Assembly (NCBI GenBank): GCA_034658655.1
Contig: JAYEFQ010000134.1
Span: 3,463 to 67,462, forward strand
Reading direction: 5' to 3'
Source of the DNA: Bacteroidota bacterium
Lineage (GTDB): Bacteria > Bacteroidota > Bacteroidia > Bacteroidales > ML635J-15
Length of the DNA stretch: 64,000 nucleotides
In this document: positions 1-9,738 of the stretch, in pieces
How the letters are laid out: every line of letters starts with the position of its first letter
Numbering within the stretch: the stretch's first letter is position 1
Notes under the pieces: model-generated
What the model was told of the DNA's origin: nothing
Databases searched by the model: none
The model's input: only the letters and a program-made list of their open reading frames with translations
Program-made: the position numbers and the translations under genes

Positions 1-3000
1 ACAACTGGAATCCAAATGTATCATCCGGGGAAACCGCAACAAACCTAGCTGCGGGCGATTATGATGTCACAATTTCGGATAGTGGAACTTGTATTTTAGT
101 GCTAACAATCAATGTACCTGTAGATCCAAATACATTATCTGCAACTATTACAGACACTACACACATCAGCTGTTTTGGTGGAAATGACGGTGAAATAGTT
201 ATAACTGCAAGCAACGGTTATCCGCCTTATTCATACAGCTGGACAGGTTATCCAACAGAAACCGGAAACACATTAAGTAATTTAATCGCTGGAAATTATG
301 AAGTGATTGTAACAGATAATGTCGGATGTGAAATCACTTTAAACCAAACACTTAACGAACCATCACCACTTACCATTACTGGTGACAGCATTACCAATAT
401 ACTATGTTTCGGTGACAATACAGGTGAAATTTTCACTACTGCCGGTGGAGGAGTCATTCCTTACACTTATACTTGGGAGGATAATTTAGGAACAGACTTA
501 GGAGTTAATGCAGATAATATTTCAGGACTAAGTGCAGGTGATTATACGCTTTTCCTTACTGATGACAATAATTGTGGACCCGTATCGCAGAGCTTCACAA
601 TTACAGAACCTGCAAACTCACTAACACTTAGCATTTTAGTCGATAGCATACCATCATGTCCTGGTTTATTTGATGGTGGATTAACTGCAACTGCAGCCGG
701 AGGAACCGCACCTTACTCCTATCTTTGGGATGCTCCGATTGCCGGAAATACAAATCCAATACAAACAAACTTAGGAGCAAATAACTATTCAGTGACTGTA
801 ACAGATAATAATGGATGTACAGCTGAAAACAATATAACATTAAACGATCCAACACCATTATCCATCAATATTGTCACAAACGATGTGCTTTGTTTTGGTG
901 ACGCAAATGGTGAAGCTATTGCTCAAGTTTCTGGTGGAACTCCAATTTACACGTACAATTGGGAAGATGCACTTAGTAATATTGTTTCACTTGACGACAC
1001 AGCATCCAACTTAATTACAGGAAACTATTACCTTACAGTTACCGATGCAAATGGATGTAATGAAATTGCATCTGCGGTAATCTCAGAGCCAGATGCATTA
1101 ACGGCAACAACTTCACAAGTAAATGTATCCACTTGGGGAAATAATGATGGATCGGCAACAGTAAATCCATCTGATGGTACTCCAACCTACACTTATGAGT
1201 GGGAAAATGCAGCAGCTCCCGGAGTTATTATCTCTACCAACCAAACTGCAAACAACTTAAGCGCAGGAACATACAACATTACAATAACCGATGCGAATGG
1301 ATGCATTTGGACAGGATCTGTAACAATTACCGAACCTAACGACCCACTCGAAGGAAATATCATTACACATCAGGATGTTTTATGTGCCCCAGACAGCTCC
1401 GGGACACTTACTGCTCAAGCCTATGGAGGAACAACTCCTTACTCCTACTATTGGGAAAACAGCAGCGCAACATGGAATGCAAGTACGGCAACAATAACAA
1501 ATCTTCCGGCAGACACATACTTTTTAACAATCACAGATGCAAATGCTTATGAATGGGATACAACGGTTACAATTACTCAACCAGCAGAACTCATTATTGC
1601 AAATGGAAATCATACCGATAATTTATGCTTTGAAGATTCTGCAGGAACTGCAAGCATAGTTGTAAACGGTGGTGTTCCAATCTACAATTATCTGTGGAAC
1701 GACCCGACGAATTCAACAAGTGATAATATTTCCAATGCGCCCGCAGCGACTTACCTTGTTCTTGTCACAGATCAAAATGGATGTACTGCCGATACAAGCA
1801 TTACAATTACAGAACCAACCGAAATTCAGATTTCAATCATAACCACTGCAATGCCAACCTGTTTTGGAGACAGTGACGGATCTATATCAGCAAGCATTTC
1901 AGGCGGAACAGGAGCATACAATTATGTATGGGAAGATGATGCATCTGTACTTGTCTCAGTAACAGATACTGTGATTAATATTCCCGCAGGAAATTACTAT
2001 TTAACAGTTACCGATGCAAATGGATGTGAATCGACCGCTATTCATACCTTATCTGAACCATCAGATTTAACAGCAACCACTAACCACACAAATGTTACTA
2101 CATGGGGAAATAATGATGGAACTGCATCCGTTCTTGCGGCCGGTGGAACAACAACGTATTCCTATAATTGGGAAGACAATGCAAATCCAGGAGTTAGTAT
2201 ATCGACAAATGCCAATGTAAACAACTTATTTGCAGGAACATACAATATTACCGTAACCGATGCAAACGGATGTATTTGGACAGGATCTGTCACGATTACT
2301 GAACCAAACGATCCACTTGGAGGAAATATCACAAACCATGTAGATATCTTATGTGCCCCAGATTCAACCGGACAACTCACTGCATCTGGCTACGGAGGAA
2401 CTCCTGCATATTCATATTATTGGGAAAATTCAAGCGCAACATGGTCATCGAACTCATCTGTAATTACAGACCTTCCCGCTGACACATATTATCTAACCAT
2501 TACAGATGCTAACCTTTACGAATGGGATACTGTTGTAACGCTTACTCAACCAGCAGAATTACTCATTTCAGCAGGAAACCATACAGACATCCTCTGTTAT
2601 GAAGACAGTACAGGAACTGCAAGCATAAATGTTGCCGGAGGTATTTTCGCATACATCTATCAATGGGATGACCCAACACTTTCTACAACTGATGATATTG
2701 CAAATGCTCCAGCAGGCACCTATACAGTAATTGTTACTGACCAAAATTCATGTACTACTGATACGAGTATTACAATCACTCAACCAGATGCATTAAATCT
2801 AACGATGATAGTAACGGCAGAACCACTTTGCTTTGGAGACAATAATGCATCTGCAGGCATAACAATTAATGGTGGCGCGCCAAATTACAACTACAGCTGG
2901 GAGAATAGCTTGGGGAGTTTAATTTCCTTAAGTGATACACTCGTCAATGTTGGTTCAGATTATTATTATTTAACGATTACTGATAATAATGGCTGTGTCA

Positions 3001-6000
3001 TCAATGATAGCATTGAAATTACAGATCCTCCATTGCTTAATGCAACAATTACAAATACAAATGTATCCACTTGGGGGAATAATGATGGCTCAGCAACAGT
3101 CAATCCATCTGATGGTACTCCAACCTACACTTATGAGTGGGAAAATGATGCCAGCCCTGGAACAATAATTTCCACAAATCAAACCGCAGATAATTTATAT
3201 GCCGGCAGTTATTCTGTCACTGTAACGGATGCAAATGGTTGCGAATGGTACGGTTCTGTTACAATTACTGAACCAAACGATCCGCTCGGTGGCAATATTA
3301 TTGTACATGAAAATGTTTTATGCGCTCCGAATTCAACCGGAACATTAGAGGCAGCAGCGTTTGGCGGAACACCTGATTACTCATATTATTGGGAAAATGC
3401 AACGGTAACATTAACCTCAAACAATGCCGAATTTAATAATTTACCGGCAGGTTCTTATTTCCTCACAATTACTGATGACTTAGGATATACATGGGATACA
3501 GCAGTAATTATTTCTCAACCACCGGTTCTGGAAATAACCAACACCTACCAAACAGACGTAACCTGCTATGGCGATTCAACCGCCTCGGCTAGCATTGCAG
3601 TAAACGGAGGCACTATGCCGTATAATTATGCATGGGACGGATTCGCATCAACTAATGATACATTATTCAATCTTCCAGAAGGAGTGTATTATGTTACTGT
3701 TTTTGATTTCAATGGATGCATGGCTGACACATTAATTAAAATCGAAACGAATGACTCCATTGAAATGAATTTCATGGTCACAGCTATGCCACTATGTAAT
3801 GGGGGAAATGAAGGCTCATTATTTGTTACGATGACAGGCGGCACAGCTCCTTTTACATATTATTGGGAAGATGAAAGTAACAATAACATCTCAAATACAG
3901 ATACTGTAACCGGATTACCAACCGGCAATTATTATCTTACCGTAACAGATGCCAACGGATGCATACAAAACGACTCTGTCTTTTTACCAGAACCAGATCC
4001 ATTAGACTTAAGCTTAAGCGGTGTTGATGCAACAGGTTTTGAAGCCTCGGATGCTTACGCATGGGCCATAGAATCCGGAGGAACTCCCACTTATTACTAT
4101 CAATGGGAAAACATTACTGATCCAGGAAATATCTTATCAAATCAGGATACACTTTGGAACGTAACATCAGGAACTTATAACTTGACATTAACAGATGATA
4201 ACGGATGTACAATCGAAGATCAAATAACATTAAATCAACCAGACGAGCTAGTACACACCATTATCGGCAGCAATGTACAATGCCATGGAGACACAACTGG
4301 CGGTGCTTGGATGCAAGTTAGCGGTGGGGTTCAACCATACTCCTACTCTTGGGAAGATGAAAGCGGCACCGAAATTTGGACAGACAGTGTCATGATTTAT
4401 ATCCCGGCTGGAACTTATTATGTCACAGCAACTGATGCCAACGGATATACAACCAATGATTCGGTTACAATTATTCAACCACCTGCACTTTATTTTGGAC
4501 TCGACAGCGTACAAAACATACTGTGCTATGGTGATAATTCTGGATATATTGATTTAAATCCAAACGGCGGCACCCCTCCCTATAATATGGAATGGATACT
4601 CACAGATGATCCCTCAACTATTCTCGATAATGATGACTTTATTGAAAACATTTTTGCCGGAGAATATATGTTCACGATTATTGATGACAGCACTTGTGTT
4701 TATGATACAATCATTACAATTACACAACCCGATAGCCTTGAAGTTATTCTAGAAGCACAGGGAGATGTCACATGTTATAGCTACGACAATGGGTTTATTG
4801 ATGTTGATGTGATTGGTGGAACACCACCATTTCAATATGAATGGTTAGATGAAACAAATACCGTGTTTGAAACCGACACCGATAGCGTTGGAAATCTTGC
4901 TCCGGGAGCTTATACAGTACTCGTCTCTGACGCTAATCTCTGCGCTACAGACAGCATAAACTTTTTAATTACTGAACCAGAAGAATTCACCTTCAATGTT
5001 AATATTGATTCGGTATATTGCTTCGGGGAAAACACAGGCAGTGTACAAATAAATCCGAATGGAGGAACACCTGCATTTGATTATGTTTGGATATTTGAAG
5101 GAGATACTATTATTAATAGCAATTACCCTGCACTATTCAATCTCGAAGCAGGCGATTATGAAATATTTGTCAATGATGCAAATACCTGCTCGTATGACAC
5201 AACACTGACAGTGCAAGAGCCGACATCCTATCCGAGCTTAAGCATTGACCTCACTGACTCACTTGATTGTTATGGGCTTTCAAACGGCGAAATCACAGCC
5301 CAAATCAACGGAGGGACACCAGATTACGACCTATTTTGGTCAAATGGCAGTGGTGGTGACGGTGAACTTGAGGACATTAGTAGCGGCGTACATATCATTA
5401 CAGGAATAGAAGCCGGAAACTTTGTCTTCCAACTAAGTGATGCTTACGGATGTACTACAACTGAATCAATTCTCGTTCCTGAACCAGATGAAATTATTAT
5501 TGATTTTTTCAATAACGACATCTCATGTAATGGAGCAAATGACGGACAAATACAATCTTTGGTAAGCGGAGGAACAACTCCATATCTATATTCTTGGGAC
5601 GGAAACTCTGTGGTAACAGACACTGCGATAAACAATCTGGCACCAGGTTGGCATTCACTCGAAATCACAGATGCAAACGGATGTACACAGATAGATTCTA
5701 GTTTTATTTTTCAACCCGACTCATTACTCATCGAACTTATAGACACTTTATTCCTTAATTGCAATGGAGATGAAAATGCATCAACCTTTCCAGTAATTAC
5801 CGGAGGAAACACTCCTTACCAAGTCGATTGGCTTAATGAAAGTGGAGATACAATTCATAACACACCATATATTAATAACATTGGCAGTGGATGGTATTAC
5901 CTGCATGTAAGCGATGCAAATGGCTGTTATACTTCAGATTCTATGTACGTTTATGAACCCAACGCATTATCAGCAAGTATGGAAAGTTTCTTAACATCTT

Positions 6001-7646
6001 GCCCCTCTTCCGCTGACGGATATGCTGTAATAACTATGGATACAGGAGCAGGAACACCTCCATATTCATACGACTGGAATAATCCTGAACACTCAGTAAC
6101 TGATACAGCAGTAAATTTGAATGCAGGTTGGTGGTATGTTACTGTAGCAGATGACAATAACTGTATCTACTTAGATTCTGTTGAAATCTTTTCACCAGAT
6201 TCATTACTTATGAGTTTTACAACGACACCCGTACAATGCAATGACGTTCCAGGCAGTGCAGTAATTTCAACCACCGGAGGAACACCATCCTATTCATATG
6301 AATGGTCAACCGGTGACTCTACAGGGATTGTTCCTAATATTCCTGCAGGAATACATGTTGTAACAGTTACAGACTCTCATAGCTGTACTTGGGCTCAACA
6401 AGTACTCATAGAATCAGTCGGCAGCATTCATCCTGAAATTGAAATTACAGAACCTATTTCATGCTACGGAGTTAGAGATGGAGTATTAACAGCGATTTTA
6501 GATGATGGAGCGCTACCATTTGAATTTGATTGGAATACAGGTGATACAACCCAAAGCATTGATGAATTAATGGCAGGAACCTACTTTGTTCAAGTGATGG
6601 ATGCATGGGGTTGCATTGGAAATGATACACTTACACTCACTCAACCTGAAGGAGTAACTGTCGATTTCATCACTCAGGATGTTTTATGTAAAGGTGGCTC
6701 CTCTGGCTGGGCTCAAGCAATAGCTAACGGTGGAAACGGCAACTTCTCTTATGCTTGGGATGCAAGTTTCTACGGAAACCCATACACAAATCTTTCAGAA
6801 GGAAATTACACAGTGATTGCAACTGACCAAGAAGGTTGTTCTGGAATGGGTACGGTTTATATTAACCAACCCGACAGTGCAATTTATGCCTTAGCAGAAG
6901 CAAGAGACGTCAGCTGTTATGGATACAATAACGGACGAGGCATTGCACAAGGATTTGGTGGTCAAGCACCATATCAATATATGTGGTACGGTCCCGGGAC
7001 AGACACCATTTATCAACAACAAACTGGTGCAACTTTATTCCCAGGCAATTACACATTACTTGTTACCGATGACAATGGTTGTAAATATGATACAATCATT
7101 AAAATTCGTCAACCAAGCCCAATTTACATTGATGTTGCTGGTTCTGGAAATCCAAGCTGCAACGGACTTGAAGACGGATGGATACAACTTGACAGCATCA
7201 CAGGAGGAACCCCACCATATTCAATTCATTTGAACGGTGGCGGACTAAATTGGACACAACAAAACACATACATTGACAGTGTTCCATCAGGACAATACAT
7301 TATCAATGTATATGATGCAAATCATTGTCTGCAAAATAATGAAGTCATCATTTTAACACTAGCAGAATCTGAAGAAGATTGCATACGCATTCCGGCTGCA
7401 TTTTCACCAAATGGAGATGGATATAATGATGTCTGGCAAATTGATAATCTAGATTTATACAGACGCTGTTTAATACAAGTTTACAATCGCTGGGGACAAT
7501 TATTATACGAAGGCGGATGGAATGATCCGTTCTGGGACGGAACATATAATGGTAACCCTGTACCAACTGGTGCATATATCTATTATGTGAATCTAGGAAC
7601 TAATAGTAGAAAACCTTTAACCGGAACAGTCACTGTAATCCGATAG
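1..7646 (+). CDS. Giant cell-surface adhesin of ~30 tandem SprB-type repeats with a T9SS type-B (gliding-motility-associated, CHU_C-like) C-terminal sorting domain; 5' end lies outside the window
   Basis: The frame is open from nt 3 (NWNPNVSSGETATNLAAGDYDVTISDSGTC continues the repeat), so the GTG at 99 is not the start. Repeat signature every 75-80 aa: C-x-G-x-x-[DN]-G ... GG-x-x-P-Y-x-Y-x-W ... L-x-AG-x-Y-x-[VL]-T-[VI]-TD-x-NGC. The last ~85 aa (IPAAFSPNGDGYNDVWQI...VYNRWGQLLYE...WDGTYNG...GAYIYYV) fit the type-B CTD pattern. Confidence 0.85.
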   Translation, partial: NWNPNVSSGETATNLAAGDYDVTISDSGTCILVLTINVPVDPNTLSATITDTTHISCFGGNDGEIVITASNGYPPYSYSWTGYPTETGNTLSNLIAGNYEVIVTDNVGCEITLNQTLNEPSPLTITGDSITNILCFGDNTGEIFTTAGGGVIPYTYTWEDNLGTDLGVNADNISGLSAGDYTLFLTDDNNCGPVSQSFTITEPANSLTLSILVDSIPSCPGLFDGGLTATAAGGTAPYSYLWDAPIAGNTNPIQTNLGANNYSVTVTDNNGCTAENNITLNDPTPLSINIVTNDVLCFGDANGEAIAQVSGGTPIYTYNWEDALSNIVSLDDTASNLITGNYYLTVTDANGCNEIASAVISEPDALTATTSQVNVSTWGNNDGSATVNPSDGTPTYTYEWENAAAPGVIISTNQTANNLSAGTYNITITDANGCIWTGSVTITEPNDPLEGNIITHQDVLCAPDSSGTLTAQAYGGTTPYSYYWENSSATWNASTATITNLPADTYFLTITDANAYEWDTTVTITQPAELIIANGNHTDNLCFEDSAGTASIVVNGGVPIYNYLWNDPTNSTSDNISNAPAATYLVLVTDQNGCTADTSITITEPTEIQISIITTAMPTCFGDSDGSISASISGGTGAYNYVWEDDASVLVSVTDTVINIPAGNYYLTVTDANGCESTAIHTLSEPSDLTATTNHTNVTTWGNNDGTASVLAAGGTTTYSYNWEDNANPGVSISTNANVNNLFAGTYNITVTDANGCIWTGSVTITEPNDPLGGNITNHVDILCAPDSTGQLTASGYGGTPAYSYYWENSSATWSSNSSVITDLPADTYYLTITDANLYEWDTVVTLTQPAELLISAGNHTDILCYEDSTGTASINVAGGIFAYIYQWDDPTLSTTDDIANAPAGTYTVIVTDQNSCTTDTSITITQPDALNLTMIVTAEPLCFGDNNASAGITINGGAPNYNYSWENSLGSLISLSDTLVNVGSDYYYLTITDNNGCVINDSIEITDPPLLNATITNTNVSTWGNNDGSATVNPSDGTPTYTYEWENDASPGTIISTNQTADNLYAGSYSVTVTDANGCEWYGSVTITEPNDPLGGNIIVHENVLCAPNSTGTLEAAAFGGTPDYSYYWENATVTLTSNNAEFNNLPAGSYFLTITDDLGYTWDTAVIISQPPVLEITNTYQTDVTCYGDSTASASIAVNGGTMPYNYAWDGFASTNDTLFNLPEGVYYVTVFDFNGCMADTLIKIETNDSIEMNFMVTAMPLCNGGNEGSLFVTMTGGTAPFTYYWEDESNNNISNTDTVTGLPTGNYYLTVTDANGCIQNDSVFLPEPDPLDLSLSGVDATGFEASDAYAWAIESGGTPTYYYQWENITDPGNILSNQDTLWNVTSGTYNLTLTDDNGCTIEDQITLNQPDELVHTIIGSNVQCHGDTTGGAWMQVSGGVQPYSYSWEDESGTEIWTDSVMIYIPAGTYYVTATDANGYTTNDSVTIIQPPALYFGLDSVQNILCYGDNSGYIDLNPNGGTPPYNMEWILTDDPSTILDNDDFIENIFAGEYMFTIIDDSTCVYDTIITITQPDSLEVILEAQGDVTCYSYDNGFIDVDVIGGTPPFQYEWLDETNTVFETDTDSVGNLAPGAYTVLVSDANLCATDSINFLITEPEEFTFNVNIDSVYCFGENTGSVQINPNGGTPAFDYVWIFEGDTIINSNYPALFNLEAGDYEIFVNDANTCSYDTTLTVQEPTSYPSLSIDLTDSLDCYGLSNGEITAQINGGTPDYDLFWSNGSGGDGELEDISSGVHIITGIEAGNFVFQLSDAYGCTTTESILVPEPDEIIIDFFNNDISCNGANDGQIQSLVSGGTTPYLYSWDGNSVVTDTAINNLAPGWHSLEITDANGCTQIDSSFIFQPDSLLIELIDTLFLNCNGDENASTFPVITGGNTPYQVDWLNESGDTIHNTPYINNIGSGWYYLHVSDANGCYTSDSMYVYEPNALSASMESFLTSCPSSADGYAVITMDTGAGTPPYSYDWNNPEHSVTDTAVNLNAGWWYVTVADDNNCIYLDSVEIFSPDSLLMSFTTTPVQCNDVPGSAVISTTGGTPSYSYEWSTGDSTGIVPNIPAGIHVVTVTDSHSCTWAQQVLIESVGSIHPEIEITEPISCYGVRDGVLTAILDDGALPFEFDWNTGDTTQSIDELMAGTYFVQVMDAWGCIGNDTLTLTQPEGVTVDFITQDVLCKGGSSGWAQAIANGGNGNFSYAWDASFYGNPYTNLSEGNYTVIATDQEGCSGMGTVYINQPDSAIYALAEARDVSCYGYNNGRGIAQGFGGQAPYQYMWYGPGTDTIYQQQTGATLFPGNYTLLVTDDNGCKYDTIIKIRQPSPIYIDVAGSGNPSCNGLEDGWIQLDSITGGTPPYSIHLNGGGLNWTQQNTYIDSVPSGQYIINVYDANHCLQNNEVIILTLAESEEDCIRIPAAFSPNGDGYNDVWQIDNLDLYRRCLIQVYNRWGQLLYEGGWNDPFWDGTYNGNPVPTGAYIYYVNLGTNSRKPLTGTVTVIR
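850..3540 (+). repeat. Higher-order tandem repeat inside the adhesin gene: 969-nt unit (323 aa, four SprB repeats), about 2.8 copies
   Basis: The Trp codon of the motif STWGNNDG sits at 1134, 2103 and 3072, an exact 969-nt spacing. Stretches such as ccatctgatggtactccaacctacacttatgagtgggaaaatg are identical between copies 1 and 3. The outer boundaries are approximate. Confidence 0.8.
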
Positions 7647-7658
7647 TTTTAAGAAAAC

Positions 7659-8591
7659 ATGATAAAAAAAATAAAACATATCATATTAATTCTTGCAATT
7701 CTGATGCTTACAAAGGCAGGATTTACACAACAATTCCCCCTATACAGTCAGTATTATCAAAATATGTTCATTTTGAATCCTGCCTTTGCCGGGACAGTAT
7801 CTGATTATTCTCCGCTGAGACTTAGTGTTCATAAACAATGGCTGGGAGTCAATGAATCTCCTTCAACACAATATGTATCATACCACCAGCAACTGCAACA
7901 AGAAAATATTGGAATTGGAGGACAATTATTTCACGATAAATTCGGCCCCATTGAAACGATCGGGGCAAATTTCACTTACGCTTATCACTTAGAATTAAAT
8001 CGTGAATTAAAATTAGGCTTAGGACTTTCTGCCCAGCTCATGCATTACCGATTAAGCTTAGAACAAGAAGATTTTTATGGATTTGAACCAATATTAACAA
8101 GTGAACGATTGCAAATTGTAATTCCAGATGCACACTTTGGAGTCTTAATGTATCATGATAAATACTGGGTTGGGCTTTCCGTTACTCAACTATTTCAATC
8201 TAAAATGAAATTAACAGGAACATGGGAAGAAGAATCCAATCAACTCGTAAGACATTACTTTGCATCCGCTGGATATAATTTTAAATTTCCATATAACAGA
8301 AACGTTGAACTCCTTCCTTCCGTATTAATAAAAACAACCGAAGTAACACCGATACAAACAGATTTCAACATTAAATTGACTTTTTATGGGGACTTTTGGT
8401 TCGCATTTAGTTTAAGACCGGATGATTCATTTGTTGCAATGATGGGATTAACTTTTGACAAATATTATTTTGCCATTTCCCATGACTTTACCTTTAGCGA
8501 TATCAGTTCTGTGACAACTGGTTCTGAAGAACTTTCCTTCGGTTGGAATATCGAAGATGCAAGAATTGGACCGCGTGCTTTTTTTGACTAA
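7659..8591 (+). CDS. PorP/SprF-family type IX secretion membrane protein (paralogue 1)
   Basis: Signal peptide followed by QQFPLYSQYYQNMFILNPAFAG, then SPLRLSVHKQWLG..SPSTQ, which I recall as the hallmark N-terminus of the PorP/SprF family. About 310 aa. Starts 12 nt after the adhesin stop. Confidence 0.85.
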   Translation: MIKKIKHIILILAILMLTKAGFTQQFPLYSQYYQNMFILNPAFAGTVSDYSPLRLSVHKQWLGVNESPSTQYVSYHQQLQQENIGIGGQLFHDKFGPIETIGANFTYAYHLELNRELKLGLGLSAQLMHYRLSLEQEDFYGFEPILTSERLQIVIPDAHFGVLMYHDKYWVGLSVTQLFQSKMKLTGTWEEESNQLVRHYFASAGYNFKFPYNRNVELLPSVLIKTTEVTPIQTDFNIKLTFYGDFWFAFSLRPDDSFVAMMGLTFDKYYFAISHDFTFSDISSVTTGSEELSFGWNIEDARIGPRAFFD

Positions 8592-8746
8592 GCTAAAAAG
8601 AGCAAAAAGCCTGCCCCGATATTTTCTTCGGGGAACGAATTTAAATCGTCAATTTATTTCAGAACAATCCCTGAAAATATCAAAATAAAAAAAAGTTTTG
8701 TTTTCTTTAAAAAATGTCGTATTTTTCAATGCCAAAATGCTGAACT

Positions 8747-9658
8747 ATGAAAAAACTTTTAATAATTCTACCAATCGTTTTTGCAAGCCTATATTCAATG
8801 GGGCAACAAATGCCGCTTTACAGTCAGTACCTGATGAATACGTATTATATTAATCCAGCAGCTGCAGGCTCAAAAGAATATTCCCCAGTAAAACTTAGTG
8901 TACATAAACAATGGCTAGGCATAAAAGATTCGCCATCCACACAAGTTGTAAGTGGACATATGATGTTAGAAAACGATGTTGTTGGACTAGGTGGTATCAT
9001 TTTTAATGACAATTTTGGACCAACAAGTCACACAGGAATTCAAGTGAGTTACGCATACCACTTTTATATTAATCGTTTAAACCGTATCTCACTCGGATTG
9101 TCAGCATTAGGATTTCAGTATAAAATGGATCAACGCTTTTTCACACTGACAAACCCTGATGACGACGCAATTTCTTACCAAATTGAAAAAACATTTGTCC
9201 CCGATGCAAGTTTTGGTGCCTATATTTATGGACCTAAATATACCGCAGGGATTAGTGCTGCTCACCTATTTCAATCTAAACTGAAAATCAATCAAAATTT
9301 GGATGAAAACATCATGGTAAGACACTATTTTTTATTTGGTAGTTATCGTTTCGAATTTAGAAATACACCTTTAGTTGATATTGAACCATCAATTCTTGTA
9401 AAATCCATTGAAACCGTTACTCCACAAGTTGATTTTAACGTAAAATTCTTTTATAATGACGACTATTGGGCAGCATTTAGTATCAGACCTAATGATGCAT
9501 TTATTGCAGCAATCGGATTAAAAATTGATAATTATTACTTTGGGTATGCATATGACTTTACCTTTAGCGACTTGTCAAGCTACACAATTGGCTCTCAAGA
9601 AATTGTTATTGGAATTAATATTGGCGAACGTATTCGAGGTGGTCGAAGTTTCTTCTAA
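8747..9658 (+). CDS. PorP/SprF-family type IX secretion membrane protein (paralogue 2, tandem duplicate)
   Basis: QQMPLYSQYLMNTYYINPAAAG ... SPVKLSVHKQWLGIKDSPSTQ. Collinear similarity to the preceding ORF runs to the shared C-terminal YDFTFSD(I/L)SS..(T/I)GS(E/Q)E. Confidence 0.85.
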   Translation: MKKLLIILPIVFASLYSMGQQMPLYSQYLMNTYYINPAAAGSKEYSPVKLSVHKQWLGIKDSPSTQVVSGHMMLENDVVGLGGIIFNDNFGPTSHTGIQVSYAYHFYINRLNRISLGLSALGFQYKMDQRFFTLTNPDDDAISYQIEKTFVPDASFGAYIYGPKYTAGISAAHLFQSKLKINQNLDENIMVRHYFLFGSYRFEFRNTPLVDIEPSILVKSIETVTPQVDFNVKFFYNDDYWAAFSIRPNDAFIAAIGLKIDNYYFGYAYDFTFSDLSSYTIGSQEIVIGINIGERIRGGRSFF

Positions 9659-9684
9659 AAATAATTTAAAATACACTCCATACA

Positions 9685-9723
9685 AAAGCGGCTGCCCTTT
9701 ATCGGACAGCCGCTTTGATTTTT
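9685..9723. terminator. Bidirectional rho-independent terminator between convergent genes
   Basis: 10-bp GC-rich stem AAAGCGGCTG / CAGCCGCTTT with a 12-nt loop, followed by GATTTTT. Lies between the PorP stop (9658) and the pepD stop (9739). Confidence 0.6.
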
Positions 9724-9738
9724 CATGCGATATAAATT

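Noticed and set aside
628-7575. Small antisense or alternative-frame ORFs nested in the adhesin gene (628-858, 2162-2380, 4248-4514, 5444-5668, 5951-6157, 6919-7233, 7348-7575), and similar nested ORFs inside pepD, porX, glmS, the PKD gene, the oxidoreductase and others
   Set aside because: All lie wholly inside much longer ORFs that have strong family signatures. They have odd composition and no independent motif support. They are typical shadow ORFs.
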